Source: an uncultured virus (IMG/VR IMGVR_UViG_3300044843_001040) (taxonomy: Duplodnaviria > Heunggongvirae > Uroviricota > Caudoviricetes). From it: a stretch of DNA of 20,000 nucleotides. Position 1 is the first letter of the stretch; every line of letters starts with the position of its first letter. The DNA lies in IMG/VR virus record IMGVR_UViG_3300044843_001040, positions 51,717-71,716 of that record, one strand, 5' to 3'. The notes below the pieces were generated by a model. The model was not told the DNA's origin, searched no databases, and was given only the letters and a program-made list of their open reading frames with translations. Made by a program: the position numbers and the translations under genes. Below, piece after piece: positions 1 to 9,049 of the stretch.

Positions 1-99
1 AGACGTAGCATCAATATATCCATAATTATGATGGGACGCAATATATTTGGCCACGGTGGTTCTTCCACTTTGGGGCATACCTATCAGAAAAATTTGCAT
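1..99 (-). CDS. P-loop kinase (nucleotide/shikimate/gluconate kinase-like), N-terminal part; runs off the left edge
   Basis: Not in the ORF track. Manual translation from ATG at 99 gives MQIFLIGMPQSGRTTVAKYIASHHNYGYIDATS: a hydrophobic strand, a GxPxSGRT Walker A variant and a following helix, typical of NMP-kinase-like proteins. Starts 7 nt after the exonuclease stop. Confidence 0.7.
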   Translation of the reverse strand, partial: MQIFLIGMPQSGRTTVAKYIASHHNYGYIDATS

Positions 100-106
100 A
101 ATAATC

Positions 107-934
107 CTAATATTTTAGGCAATTAAAAGTTGTCACATACTTATGCCAAGACTTATCATTAGTAATGGATTCAAATTTCATTTCTTGAAATGCTTGATGC
201 AAAGCATCAAAATTAGCATGACCATCCAGCAAAATAATTTCTTCTTCAGGAACGTGTCTAAATTCAATTAATTGTCGATTAATATTGAAATTGGCACGAT
301 TTTCTTCGATCGAAAGAAAAGATTGAAATAGTTGAGGATGACTAATAGTGTCTAAAGCTTTTTTAGGTTTTAAGATGCCAGGAATATTATCTGACTTATC
401 TCCTACTAAACATTTATGAGCGACATAAGGATAAGGTGGCGCTTCGACAAATATTTTTTTAATGGGATTATAAATTTGAATATGAGGATAATTTCTTTGT
501 AATAACTGAGTAAAATCAGAATCGCTACTGATAATAGTTAATGACTCTAACTGCATATTATCACACAGAGTGGCAATCACATCATCGGCTTCATAAGCTT
601 CCGCTCGACATAAAGTGATGGGAAGAAATTGCATTAATTGCAATATTTTTTCTTTAGTGGCGTAAAACTTATCTCGAGTTTCTTGTTTAGAAGCTTGTTT
701 GATAATTCTGTTGGCTTTATAATCGGCGAATAGATCGTATCTAAATTGAGGATGACCTTCTAAGACGAAGAAGCATTTATGTGGTTTAAAATCTTCAATG
801 ATTGGCCTGAGATTTCTAAAGAAGTTAAAAGTAAAGATAGTAGTATCATCCACATCGGCTACTGGTGGTACTCCAAATTTGATACAGGCTCTCCAGATAA
901 AATTTAAACCATCAATTAATAAAATATTGTCCAT
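107..934 (-). CDS. 5'-3' exonuclease / flap endonuclease (T5 FEN / T4 RNase H / Pol I N-terminal domain-like, stand-alone)
   Basis: Motifs LLIDG, RYDLFADYKANR, EADDVIATL, SSDSDFTQL and GDKSDNIPGI (H3TH). Confidence 0.93.
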   Translation of the reverse strand: MDNILLIDGLNFIWRACIKFGVPPVADVDDTTIFTFNFFRNLRPIIEDFKPHKCFFVLEGHPQFRYDLFADYKANRIIKQASKQETRDKFYATKEKILQLMQFLPITLCRAEAYEADDVIATLCDNMQLESLTIISSDSDFTQLLQRNYPHIQIYNPIKKIFVEAPPYPYVAHKCLVGDKSDNIPGILKPKKALDTISHPQLFQSFLSIEENRANFNINRQLIEFRHVPEEEIILLDGHANFDALHQAFQEMKFESITNDKSWHKYVTTFNCLKY

Positions 935-935
935 C

Positions 936-1256
936 TTATTGGAGAACTTTCAAACGCAATAATCTAAAATTGTACAGGCTCATTTGGTTAAGTAACCAAT
1001 CTGATCCTACTTCAATACGACGAGTAGAATTAATATAAACTGGTTTGCCCCAAGCTTTTCGATAAGCATTGGGATATTGAATCTTATCCCCTGATTTATT
1101 TTGATAATGATAGGACTCACCTACTAATATAGGTGGGCTATCTCCATCAATAATAGAGATGGGGCAATTGGATTCGGCATTTACCGATTTCCTAATTTCT
1201 CTCTTAATTAGTCGTGATAGATTTTTTTTTTCTGTTAATTTTAACATTAGTTGCAC
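936..1256 (-). CDS. hypothetical protein (start GTG 1256 or ATG 1247)
   Basis: ORF of about 103-106 aa; stop abuts the exonuclease start; no recognisable motif. Confidence 0.7.
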   Translation of the reverse strand: MQLMLKLTEKKNLSRLIKREIRKSVNAESNCPISIIDGDSPPILVGESYHYQNKSGDKIQYPNAYRKAWGKPVYINSTRRIEVGSDWLLNQMSLYNFRLLRLKVLQ

Positions 1257-1287
1257 CTAAGGCTGTCAATTTAAACGCATTGATAAT

Positions 1288-1629
1288 ATGAATAAAACGG
1301 GATACATGTTAAGATGGGCTTGGCTTTATCAACAAAAGCAAGCCGCTAAACCTGAGATTAATTTAGTTAAAAAAATAGTCAGAAACTCTATTGAAGATCT
1401 CTTCAAAAAGTTTCCATTAGTTATGGATGGTTTAGTCTATGTATCTCATGTTACTATGCCAGCTGAACAGACGATAGCTTTTACTCTTAATCTAGACAAG
1501 AATAAACAAGAGACTATTAATAAACATAAAGAAAAAAGAGATAAGTTAATTAACTTAGCAGTTAAAAGTTCTTTGAAAGAAAACTTTCAAAAGGATTTTG
1601 ATTTAGGATTTCAAGAAATTTTGGTTTAA
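1288..1629 (+). CDS. hypothetical protein; the only credible plus-strand gene
   Basis: 113-aa ORF that fills the gap exactly, divergent from 936..1256 and with stop overlapping that of 1626..1838. Confidence 0.65.
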   Translation: MNKTGYMLRWAWLYQQKQAAKPEINLVKKIVRNSIEDLFKKFPLVMDGLVYVSHVTMPAEQTIAFTLNLDKNKQETINKHKEKRDKLINLAVKSSLKENFQKDFDLGFQEILV

Positions 1630-1838
1630 TTTTTAATTATATCCGGCTCGGTAATATGTCGGGTTAATCTTTCAAACTCAGTAAAAATAATAACCGATAT
1701 TAAATACATCCCTTTTCTTTCTTCATTTTGAGCATTGCGAACACATGAGGCAAATAAGTTCTGTCTAATTTGTAGTAGACGTTCCTTATTAGCCTCATTT
1801 ATTTCTTCAATGTCTAGAAAGGTGTTTTTTATTGACAT
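1626..1838 (-). CDS. hypothetical protein
   Basis: 70 aa; start overlaps the upstream stop (TAATG). Confidence 0.65.
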   Translation of the reverse strand: MSIKNTFLDIEEINEANKERLLQIRQNLFASCVRNAQNEERKGMYLISVIIFTEFERLTRHITEPDIIKN

Positions 1839-2404
1839 TACCTAATAATTAAACTAGCCGCTATCTGCGAACATAATTCAGCATTATCTCCAAATCCGCC
1901 GCAAGATAAATTATATGCATTATTATTCTTGACAGTCACCCAATTATCTACAATTACCTCATTCTTGAGGGCTTTAATTAATACAAAATTATGACCATTT
2001 ATCATAACTGGATCGGCAGAAATTACTTCTGCATCAATTCCTTTGAGACTTCTCAGTGAAAGAATTACAAAAGTATCAAATGATTCATTAAAAGTTTCCC
2101 TAATGAAAATTACCATGGCCTCACGATTGGGAGATCGTAAGACAACCCCACAATTTTGTGGAGTACATTCTCCTTGCTCTCCTTCTAGGGGCCATGGTTC
2201 TGGCAACGTAAACTCCCAATTTTCTTGGGAAAATGTAAATTTCTCTGGTGGTTTGGGTACTGGAACTTCAGTAGGTTCTGCAGAGGGAACAATGGTAGCA
2301 GGCAAATCTACCGTATTCCCTCCGTTAGAGGACGAATTTCCTGCACAAGCCGAGCAAGACATTAAACTAACTGCTAATAGAGATGTTAAAAAAATACTTT
2401 TCAT
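1838..2404 (-). CDS. putative lipoprotein with Pro-rich linker and PsbP/Mog1/DcrB-like domain
   Basis: Signal peptide MKSIFLTSLLAVSLMSC with a lipobox-like Cys; PSAEPTEVPVPKPP linker; FTLPEPW and ...VKNNNAYNLSC...IAASLII patterns resemble the PsbP-like fold (pattern recognition only). AAAGG SD. Confidence 0.6.
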   Translation of the reverse strand: MKSIFLTSLLAVSLMSCSACAGNSSSNGGNTVDLPATIVPSAEPTEVPVPKPPEKFTFSQENWEFTLPEPWPLEGEQGECTPQNCGVVLRSPNREAMVIFIRETFNESFDTFVILSLRSLKGIDAEVISADPVMINGHNFVLIKALKNEVIVDNWVTVKNNNAYNLSCGGFGDNAELCSQIAASLIIR

Positions 2405-2475
2405 ATGAACCTTTCTATGCCTTGTCGGCGTCTTTAGACATCTAGATATCTAGATTCTATTATCTAAGAATAATG

Positions 2476-2499
2476 GCCCCTTCGTATCTCGTAAGGGGC
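2476..2499 (-). terminator. GC-rich stem-loop downstream of 2512..2919; possible terminator or processing site
   Basis: GCCCCTT-cgtatctcgt-AAGGGGC, 7-bp stem; only a weak U-tract on the minus strand. Confidence 0.4.
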
Positions 2500-2511
2500 A
2501 TGATTCCTATA

Positions 2512-2919
2512 TCACTCGTTTTCTGCCGAATCATCCTCGGATACATCTGAGGTAACCTGTGAGGTTACTTTGCTTTCCATCGCAGCTACCTTAGCCTCTA
2601 AATCACTTTTCATTTGTTTTTTAGTCAACTCTTTAGACAGTTTAGCTTGTTCTTTTTTATTTTTATCAGCTGCCCTCATAATGCCGCCATGAGCACCACG
2701 AGTGACATACCATTCAGGATGGTTCCGAATATATTCTCGGACAAAAGGATCGGCCCGTCGTACCTGTTTCTCATCCCAGTTATTACGAACAGCAATCATT
2801 CCTAATAAAACAGGGAATTGTAGATTGGTATCTCCAGACCAGCTATTGAGAACTTCATCTGTCGAATCAATTAATTGATTGATATCTTGTAGTAATTTAT
2901 CCTTAGTAGGGTTATTCAT
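2512..2919 (-). CDS. putative winged-helix DNA-binding protein with RGAHGG wing, coiled-coil and acidic tail
   Basis: Start moved to MNNPT (ATG 2919, AAGGA SD). YVTRGAHGGIMR resembles the RG-x-x-GG wing of Rrf2-family regulators and is shared with 15018..15347. Confidence 0.55.
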   Translation of the reverse strand: MNNPTKDKLLQDINQLIDSTDEVLNSWSGDTNLQFPVLLGMIAVRNNWDEKQVRRADPFVREYIRNHPEWYVTRGAHGGIMRAADKNKKEQAKLSKELTKKQMKSDLEAKVAAMESKVTSQVTSDVSEDDSAENE

Positions 2920-3166
2920 GTTTTTCTTCCTTATCTGTGTTAATGTAATTAACAATTTTATGGTTGTATGCTATCCAGGCCCAGACAACCAGGGCAATTA
3001 AAATCCCAATTACCAATGGCCATTTAGAAGTAGGATACGCTTGAGTCAGTTCTAACATCACCACTAGAGCAATGGTAGAGCAAATAATAGTATTCATCAT
3101 TGAGACTAATACTAACAGTGGCGCTTTCCTACTTAACAAGTGTAGATTGGTCTTAAATCTTTTCAT
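2912..3166 (-). CDS. small membrane protein (2 TM)
   Basis: Two long hydrophobic segments and a charged C-terminal tail. Confidence 0.65.
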   Translation of the reverse strand: MKRFKTNLHLLSRKAPLLVLVSMMNTIICSTIALVVMLELTQAYPTSKWPLVIGILIALVVWAWIAYNHKIVNYINTDKEEKHE

Positions 3167-3189
3167 AAGATGAGTGTCTTAGTCAGAAA

Positions 3190-3462
3190 TTAGACTGACT
3201 TAACGAATCTGCCTCGCAAGTCACGTACATTATAGTACGTCTTGTTTCCAGCTGTGGCTAGGGCTCCGTTATTTTTTTTATTTTTGGACTGCTGGAGCGC
3301 ATAAAATTCGCCCAACGTGAAAACAAAAGTCAAATTATTACGAACTAACTCGTTCGCAACAGGCAAGAAATCAGTCTCAGAATCTACTTGCTTTTGAACA
3401 TCACGAGCCAAATTCTCAATTTTGGCAGCTAACACCTTAACATCATTTAACTTATTTGACAT
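3190..3462 (-). CDS. hypothetical protein with C-terminal RDxxGRF motif
   Basis: Start moved to MSNKL (ATG 3462, AAGGA SD); ends YYNVRDLRGRFVKSV. Confidence 0.65.
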   Translation of the reverse strand: MSNKLNDVKVLAAKIENLARDVQKQVDSETDFLPVANELVRNNLTFVFTLGEFYALQQSKNKKNNGALATAGNKTYYNVRDLRGRFVKSV

Positions 3463-3476
3463 AATCAATCCTTTTA

Positions 3477-3758
3477 TCAATTAGTTTCTGGTAAACCATT
3501 GGGATTAGCTAACACACTAATAATTTTAGCTAAAGCATCTTCTTTACCCGGAATAGAAGATTGAGCAATAACACTCTTCATGTCAGCAATGAGTGCGGTA
3601 GACTCATTTGCGATACTAACCGCAAGGCCCATACATTTAGACATGTTAAGTACATACTGATGCTTTTCCGCAGTTTTTTTATTCTCTTCTGTGGTTTTCA
3701 TACTGGCTTCTAATTCTGCCACTAGTGACTTGAGTAACGATAAATCAATATTTGCCAT
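3477..3758 (-). CDS. hypothetical helical protein
   Basis: 93 aa; GGAG SD upstream of ATG. Confidence 0.7.
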   Translation of the reverse strand: MANIDLSLLKSLVAELEASMKTTEENKKTAEKHQYVLNMSKCMGLAVSIANESTALIADMKSVIAQSSIPGKEDALAKIISVLANPNGLPETN

Positions 3759-3767
3759 AATTATCTC

Positions 3768-4388
3768 CTATTTTGTTCTATCAAAATCTATAAGTTTAAA
3801 GTTTCCATCACTATCCTTCATAAGATTTCTTGGATGAAGATCCGAATGTTGGATAGTTAATTTATTTAAATTTTTACAAAAAAACATAACCTTGTGTAAG
3901 TCGAAGTCAAGCCCAATCGATAAGCCTTGTAATATTTTATTAATTTCTAATGAAGAATATTTCTTTATTTTATTTTGATCTTCATGAGAGACTAAAGAAT
4001 GAAAAACTTTAATTTCATCCTCTGACAGAGGATGGAGTTTTTCCATAATATAATAATAAAGTAAAAATCTTTGCGGCTGATTATTTATCGTTCTAGTATG
4101 GACTCCTAATTTATCATAATAATAAACTTTAGCGAGCAAGTTATTATTTGATAATAATATTGAGTGTAATACTTTCGATAAGTGAATCCAAGTATGTTCG
4201 ATATTTTTATCCGTAGAATATGGCGGCTCGTAATAAGCCCCCAATTTAATTACTTTATCTGGGCACTCAATGATATTAAATACTTGACCATCTGCGCCAG
4301 ATCCCAATTCCTTTCCTAAGGAAAGGGTTTGATTGTTCTCATCAATGAAACAATAATTATACTGGTTAACTAAAGGTAAAACCTGCAT
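3768..4388 (-). CDS. protein kinase-like enzyme, minimal or C-terminally truncated
   Basis: Gly loop LGSGADGQVF, VIKL, hinge YIMEKL, catalytic loop HSDLHPRNLM and Mg-binding LIDFD; stops 3 aa later. Confidence 0.85.
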   Translation of the reverse strand: MQVLPLVNQYNYCFIDENNQTLSLGKELGSGADGQVFNIIECPDKVIKLGAYYEPPYSTDKNIEHTWIHLSKVLHSILLSNNNLLAKVYYYDKLGVHTRTINNQPQRFLLYYYIMEKLHPLSEDEIKVFHSLVSHEDQNKIKKYSSLEINKILQGLSIGLDFDLHKVMFFCKNLNKLTIQHSDLHPRNLMKDSDGNFKLIDFDRTK

Positions 4389-4389
4389 T

Positions 4390-5115
4390 TCACTTTAAAA
4401 CTATTAATCGACGTTTAAGATTATTTTGTTTAACTCCATGTGCGGCAAAAGAAATACCCATCTGGTCTCGATACAATCGATCAGCATTGAAGCATAATCG
4501 ACAATCAGTACATCCAATTTCTTTGCCTCCCGGCTTTGTTTGAGCTGGGCAAGGAATCCACTTAACATCAGACCCTGGTAAAGAATAAGCTTTAGTGGTG
4601 GTATGTTCTGGAACCACAATAGCCGGAGCATAACCTTGCTGTCTAGCCAACTCTACCTCTGCGGTAGAGGTAACTGAAGCTAAAATAGATACTTGAGACC
4701 ATTCATGTCGAGGAACTTTTTTCCAAGCGTGAGTATAAGACCAACAGTCTCCTCCTCCTCTTTTTTTCCAGCGAGCAATCGCTTTATTGATCAAACGAGT
4801 TCCAGTAATAGTCCGAGAATCTCCGGCGACATGCAATCTTAGATCTCGATGTGCTGGAACATCTCCTCCTTGATAAGCAGAATCAATAGCTTTGACTTCA
4901 GCCTGCGCCGCTTGCACGGGAGAAATGTGCTCTGACTTTTGATCGAGACGGGCATTAGTTATCCCAACATAAGATGTTTGGGCATAGCATCCTTCTCCCA
5001 TTAATGGGCAATCAGTCGGGCAAGACGCCTTAATAGAAACATAAGTAGCATCTGCTTTATGTGACCCCATAATTTTTTTATTGCCAGAATCTGAAACGTA
5101 TATTGCTACGCTCAT
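4390..5115 (-). CDS. Cys-rich putative Fe-S protein (phage Gp88-like / radical-SAM-like family)
   Basis: CPTDCPLMGEGCYA, RLHVAGD, WSYTH, CPAQ, CTDCRLC, FAAHG. Family assignment is from recalled motif pattern, not a search. Confidence 0.55.
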   Translation of the reverse strand: MSVAIYVSDSGNKKIMGSHKADATYVSIKASCPTDCPLMGEGCYAQTSYVGITNARLDQKSEHISPVQAAQAEVKAIDSAYQGGDVPAHRDLRLHVAGDSRTITGTRLINKAIARWKKRGGGDCWSYTHAWKKVPRHEWSQVSILASVTSTAEVELARQQGYAPAIVVPEHTTTKAYSLPGSDVKWIPCPAQTKPGGKEIGCTDCRLCFNADRLYRDQMGISFAAHGVKQNNLKRRLIVLK

Positions 5116-5117
5116 AT

Positions 5118-5136
5118 TTTACCCGCTTTGCACTTA
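5118..5136 (-). promoter_or_regulatory. 19-bp intergenic motif, copy 1 (TTTACCCGCTTTGCACTTA on +)
   Basis: 17/19 identical to 19740..19758; both lie immediately upstream of minus-strand genes. Confidence 0.5.
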
Positions 5137-5149
5137 GCTCTGAGTGTTA

Positions 5150-5320
5150 TTATTTAGTGTCAGTAGATAGAGTTGAATCCTTCACATCTACAAAAGGATC
5201 ATTGGCTTTATAAGCCATATAAGCCTTTTTGAGACGCTCCCCATTAGCTTGATGAAGATGGAAAGCTACCCCACCTAATAAGGGGAAAAATGTAGCTAAG
5301 ATACAAATTACAACTAACAT
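5150..5320 (-). CDS. small single-pass membrane protein (56 aa)
   Basis: Not in the ORF track. MLVVICILATFFPLLGGVAFHLHQANGERLKKAYMAYKANDPFVDVKDSTLSTDTK; start overlaps the upstream stop (TGATG) and the ORF fills the gap. Confidence 0.7.
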   Translation of the reverse strand: MLVVICILATFFPLLGGVAFHLHQANGERLKKAYMAYKANDPFVDVKDSTLSTDTK

Positions 5321-5559
5321 CACTTACCTTCTTTTTTATTTTTATTAGTGGTCTGCTCAGTAGCAGCTGATACTTTTTGTTCTTCTGCTAATTTAGCTAG
5401 CAAACGTTGCCTCTGACGAGTTGCTCCAGTAGGAGGCAAAGCGTTTAACTTATCTTGGGTAGTTGGATATTTTTGATGGTACTCTTCTAACATTTTTTCT
5501 GCCCGAAGACGACGCTCTGTACGAATAGCCTGAGTAACTGGTTTACCGCGTTTTGACAT
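5320..5559 (-). CDS. small basic hypothetical protein
   Basis: 79 aa, Arg/Lys-rich; AAGGA SD; directly downstream of a sigma70-like promoter. Confidence 0.7.
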   Translation of the reverse strand: MSKRGKPVTQAIRTERRLRAEKMLEEYHQKYPTTQDKLNALPPTGATRQRQRLLAKLAEEQKVSAATEQTTNKNKKEGK

Positions 5560-5602
5560 ATTATTTTCCTTTGTGTTAATGTTGAATGGGGAATCTCTTA
5601 TT

Positions 5603-5630
5603 ATTGTATTTTTTTTAAATACCGTGTCAA
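5603..5630 (-). promoter_or_regulatory. sigma70-type promoter
   Basis: Minus strand TTGACA-N16-TACAAT in an intergenic gap, with an A-rich upstream tract. Confidence 0.65.
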
Positions 5631-5652
5631 GTGCCAGCGCTTATTTTTAAAA

Positions 5653-6273
5653 TTAACTCTGATGAGTAGACTTCCACCAAGAAACATATTGGTGCATTAA
5701 AATACCAGAAGCTACTCCGCAGTTAAGACTGCGAACAGATCCATACATTTCAATTTCTACAATATCTTGGCAGAAAGATTGCATCTGGGGAGTTAATCCC
5801 ACACCTTCCTCTCCAAAAATGAAGAGGGTATTAGGCACAAATTGATAGTTAGTAAGTGGAACAGACTTGCCTGTAATATTATCTACTCCAACAATAGTAT
5901 ATTGGGATTGAAGAGTTGATATTTCTTCCACGGTAGAAAGCCACTGCAAATCTGTATAATTATGGGTGCCTAAAGCAGAACGCCGATCCCATTTCTTATC
6001 TCCCAGATAAAAAACTTTTTGAGCATTAAAAGCATTGGCATTACGAATCATTGTGCCAAAATTAAAATCACCCACCCAACGTTCCATGAGAACGGAAAAT
6101 GGATGCGCAGTTGATCGTAAAACTTGTTTAATTTCTTCTACAGATTTTCCTTTAAGAGCATCTGTAACATTATATTGCCAGGTACTAAAATGAGAAGTGC
6201 CCGCAGCCATAGCTTGTTGGTGTACTTCAGAAGTTAGAGAAAAATCAGGGGAGGTTCTATTTTTAACTTGCAT
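5653..6273 (-). CDS. SpoU/TrmH-family (SPOUT) RNA 2'-O-methyltransferase
   Basis: Motif 1 NFGTMIRNANAF, motif 2 FIFGEEGVGL, motif 3 IEMYGSVRSLNCGVASGILM. Confidence 0.92.
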   Translation of the reverse strand: MQVKNRTSPDFSLTSEVHQQAMAAGTSHFSTWQYNVTDALKGKSVEEIKQVLRSTAHPFSVLMERWVGDFNFGTMIRNANAFNAQKVFYLGDKKWDRRSALGTHNYTDLQWLSTVEEISTLQSQYTIVGVDNITGKSVPLTNYQFVPNTLFIFGEEGVGLTPQMQSFCQDIVEIEMYGSVRSLNCGVASGILMHQYVSWWKSTHQS

Positions 6274-6278
6274 ATGTT

Positions 6279-6479
6279 TTAATGTAAAGAATTAATATCT
6301 AATGACCAAGAATCATCAATCTGCCGTAAGAGCTCTTGATTAAACTCTTGATCGGTCCAGCCGCATTCGGCTAAGTAATTAAAATACAATTTAAAATAAT
6401 ATTCTGAATCACCGGCAGCAGCCATCCTAATTAAATAGAGAGCAAAATCTTCAATAGTTTGAAAAGGAAGCTTGACCAT
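6279..6479 (-). CDS. hypothetical protein
   Basis: 66 aa, tightly packed between its neighbours. Confidence 0.65.
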   Translation of the reverse strand: MVKLPFQTIEDFALYLIRMAAAGDSEYYFKLYFNYLAECGWTDQEFNQELLRQIDDSWSLDINSLH

Positions 6480-6482
6480 AAT

Positions 6483-7502
6483 TTAAGTATTATTGAGACG
6501 AGTTACTACTTCTTGCATCAAAGAACGAGGAATGGCTAAGTTCATTCTAATGAATCCTGGCGCGCCAAAAGGTGCTCCCTGAATTATTTTAATTTTTGCT
6601 TGCTCAAATGCTAAGACATTATGGCATTTAAAAAATCCAAACATTCCAAACTGTTGTTCAATATCTTCTGGAACTAACAAAATGTTAGGATTTATTTCTT
6701 TACATAGCTTTTTATTATGTAAAATATCGGCAGCACTAGTCCGCTCAAAATTGAGCGTAGTTTGAGGGTACAGGTCTAAATGTTTAGCTAAGATCTGAAA
6801 ATAAAACTTCTGAGACAAAATAGACACGCCAACAGTCATAGCCTCCATATATTCTGTAATATATGAATGCATTAACTTATTTTTACATACTACATATCCT
6901 AAACGAAGTCCAGACAGACCTAACATTTTAGAAACTGAATATATTTGAGCGTCACCAATAACTGGTAATGGATGTTCGGTAGGCAAGTAAATGTGATTAT
7001 AATAAGCCGCATCATGAACTAACGGAACATGAAAAACGGAATATTTTTTTTCTAAATTTATTAGTTCCTCTACCTTTACAGAATCACCATTTGGATTATT
7101 AGGATCTAATAAGAGAAACGGTAATTTTCCTTGATTGGCATAAAAAGAACATTCCATGTTATGGATGGATGATAGAGGTGGAATCAAAGCCCAAAATGGT
7201 TTTTTCATGGTATATTGACTCCACCCCATTTTTTTCCAAGCATAGAAACAAGCACCTAAAGCTTGTTTAGCTCCATTAGTAATAACCACTGGATAGTGGT
7301 ACTTATCTTCTAGATATTTAACTAATGGTCCATATCCTGCTGGAGCAGGATAAATAAGATCTTCAGCGGATAAGGAATCTAAAATTTTATCATCTAAATT
7401 AAAAGAATTTAATAGATTGTCTCGAACTACATGTGGTTCACCAATAGCACAATCAATAAAACCCGGAGGACATTTATTAGATGCTAAAATTAAATTATCC
7501 AT
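6483..7502 (-). CDS. PLP-dependent aminotransferase class I/II
   Basis: ITNGAKQAL, PNNPNG, VHDAAY, SVSKMLGLSGLRLGY (Schiff-base Lys), GFIRMN. Confidence 0.9.
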   Translation of the reverse strand: MDNLILASNKCPPGFIDCAIGEPHVVRDNLLNSFNLDDKILDSLSAEDLIYPAPAGYGPLVKYLEDKYHYPVVITNGAKQALGACFYAWKKMGWSQYTMKKPFWALIPPLSSIHNMECSFYANQGKLPFLLLDPNNPNGDSVKVEELINLEKKYSVFHVPLVHDAAYYNHIYLPTEHPLPVIGDAQIYSVSKMLGLSGLRLGYVVCKNKLMHSYITEYMEAMTVGVSILSQKFYFQILAKHLDLYPQTTLNFERTSAADILHNKKLCKEINPNILLVPEDIEQQFGMFGFFKCHNVLAFEQAKIKIIQGAPFGAPGFIRMNLAIPRSLMQEVVTRLNNT

Positions 7503-7503
7503 A

Positions 7504-9048
7504 TTATTTTAATTCAATAGGCTTTAAGGTAGGGAAAAGTATTACATCTTTGATGTTAGAAGAATTAGTTAGAAAGGAAACTAAGCGATCGATACCTAGA
7601 CCTAGACCGATAGCGGGAGGCATTCCATATTCTAATGCTTCAATATAATCTTGGTCAAAAGCCATTGGATCCTTTTCGGAGGATGACAATTGCTGTTGAA
7701 ATCTTAAAAATTGTTCTTGAGGGTCATTTAATTCTTGGAAAGCATTCGCTAATTCTTGACCATTAACAAAAAGCTCAAACCTATCGCAAAAATTAGGGTC
7801 TTGATCTGAGGCTCTGGCTAACGGAGAAATATCTTTTGGATAATCAGTAATAAAGACTGGCACTGATTTAGTGCCATTTTCATTCCTATAATCTTCAGTT
7901 AGAAAAGGTTCAACTAGGTGCTCGAATAAAATTCCAATTTTGGAACCAGAAGAAACATTCTTGACTGCCTCTGAAAGATCTGGCAGAGAAATTTTCTGCA
8001 GTCTAGGATTATTTTCTTGTTGCACTTGCAGTGTTGATAAATCAATTCCAGACTTATGAGCAGCATATTCAATGGAATTGAGCATGGAAACAGAATGAAA
8101 TCTACTCCAATCAATAGGAGAATTAACCATCCAATTATTAAAATAATTTAATGCACTAGCAGGCAAATTATTTTCTAAATAAGAAATAATAAAATTCCAA
8201 AGATTAGAGGTATGCGAAATCAAATCTTTAAAGTTACCATATGCTTCATAACTTTCCAGCATAGTAAATTCTGGATTATGTCGAGGCGACAATCCTTCAT
8301 TTCGATAATTTTTACCAATTTCAAATACCTTTTCATAGCCTCCCACTAATAATCTTTTTAGATAAAGTTCTGGAGCAATTCTTAATTGCAAGGAACAATT
8401 TAGAGAGTTATGAAAAGTATTAAAAGGCTTAGCGTTAGCTCCTGAACTAATAGCAGATAGAGTTGGAGTTTCTACTTCCATAAAAGAGCGAGTCTCCATA
8501 AACTGTCTAATAGCCTTAATGACCATAGAACGAACAATAAATCGCGCTCTAGTTTCTTCGGAGGATAGAAGATCTAAATATCTTTGACGATACTTAACTT
8601 CTTCATCTGAAAGTCCAGAAAACTTCTCTGGCGGAGGAAGATGTGATTTAGTTAGCACTTTCCAAGTTTGGAGTAGAATAGAAATTTCTCCCGTCTTAGA
8701 TAGGCAAGATAATCCAGAAATCTCAATAATATCTCCTAGATCAAGAAGATAAAGGTCTTGATAATTTGAAAGAGATGACTTAGAAGCAATCAATTGAATT
8801 GACCCAGAAGCATCCGTCATCTTGATGAAAGTAATTCCTCCAGACTTACGAATATTAGTAATTCTGCCGTGTAGTTTCCACTCTTCAGATAACTCGTCTG
8901 GAGAAATAGAGGTGGGCGGATGATTATGACTGCTTTCTTTAAGAACAGAAGCAATAGAATGATGCTTCTCTGCCAAGGGATAAGTACCACCATTTAAGAT
9001 GGTGTGCTTATTTAATCTTACTTCCTTTAAACTTTCTTGACTTGACAT
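7504..9048 (-). CDS. lysS: lysine--tRNA ligase (class II), full length with OB anticodon-binding domain
   Basis: KYRQRYLDL, FMEVETP, LRIAPELYLKRLLVGGYEKVFEIGKNYRNEG, HNPEFTMLESY, RFELFVNGQELANAFQELNDP, YGMPPAIGLGLGIDRLV, IKDVILFP. Confidence 0.97.
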   Translation of the reverse strand: MSSQESLKEVRLNKHTILNGGTYPLAEKHHSIASVLKESSHNHPPTSISPDELSEEWKLHGRITNIRKSGGITFIKMTDASGSIQLIASKSSLSNYQDLYLLDLGDIIEISGLSCLSKTGEISILLQTWKVLTKSHLPPPEKFSGLSDEEVKYRQRYLDLLSSEETRARFIVRSMVIKAIRQFMETRSFMEVETPTLSAISSGANAKPFNTFHNSLNCSLQLRIAPELYLKRLLVGGYEKVFEIGKNYRNEGLSPRHNPEFTMLESYEAYGNFKDLISHTSNLWNFIISYLENNLPASALNYFNNWMVNSPIDWSRFHSVSMLNSIEYAAHKSGIDLSTLQVQQENNPRLQKISLPDLSEAVKNVSSGSKIGILFEHLVEPFLTEDYRNENGTKSVPVFITDYPKDISPLARASDQDPNFCDRFELFVNGQELANAFQELNDPQEQFLRFQQQLSSSEKDPMAFDQDYIEALEYGMPPAIGLGLGIDRLVSFLTNSSNIKDVILFPTLKPIELK

Positions 9049-9049
9049 A

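Noticed and set aside
292..307. TGGCACG inside the exonuclease gene as another sigma54 site
   Set aside because: No GC at the -12 position, intragenic, and no adjacent box.
5116..5319. Apparent 200-bp non-coding gap or tRNA candidate
   Set aside because: Explained by a 56-aa coupled ORF; I recognised no tRNA cloverleaf here or elsewhere in the window.
5631..5650. Degenerate inverted copy of the 18-bp box (AAAAATAAGCGCTGGCAC on minus)
   Set aside because: Needs a gap and mismatches, is in the opposite orientation, and its TGGCAC lacks the -12 GC; more simply the upstream part of a sigma70 promoter.
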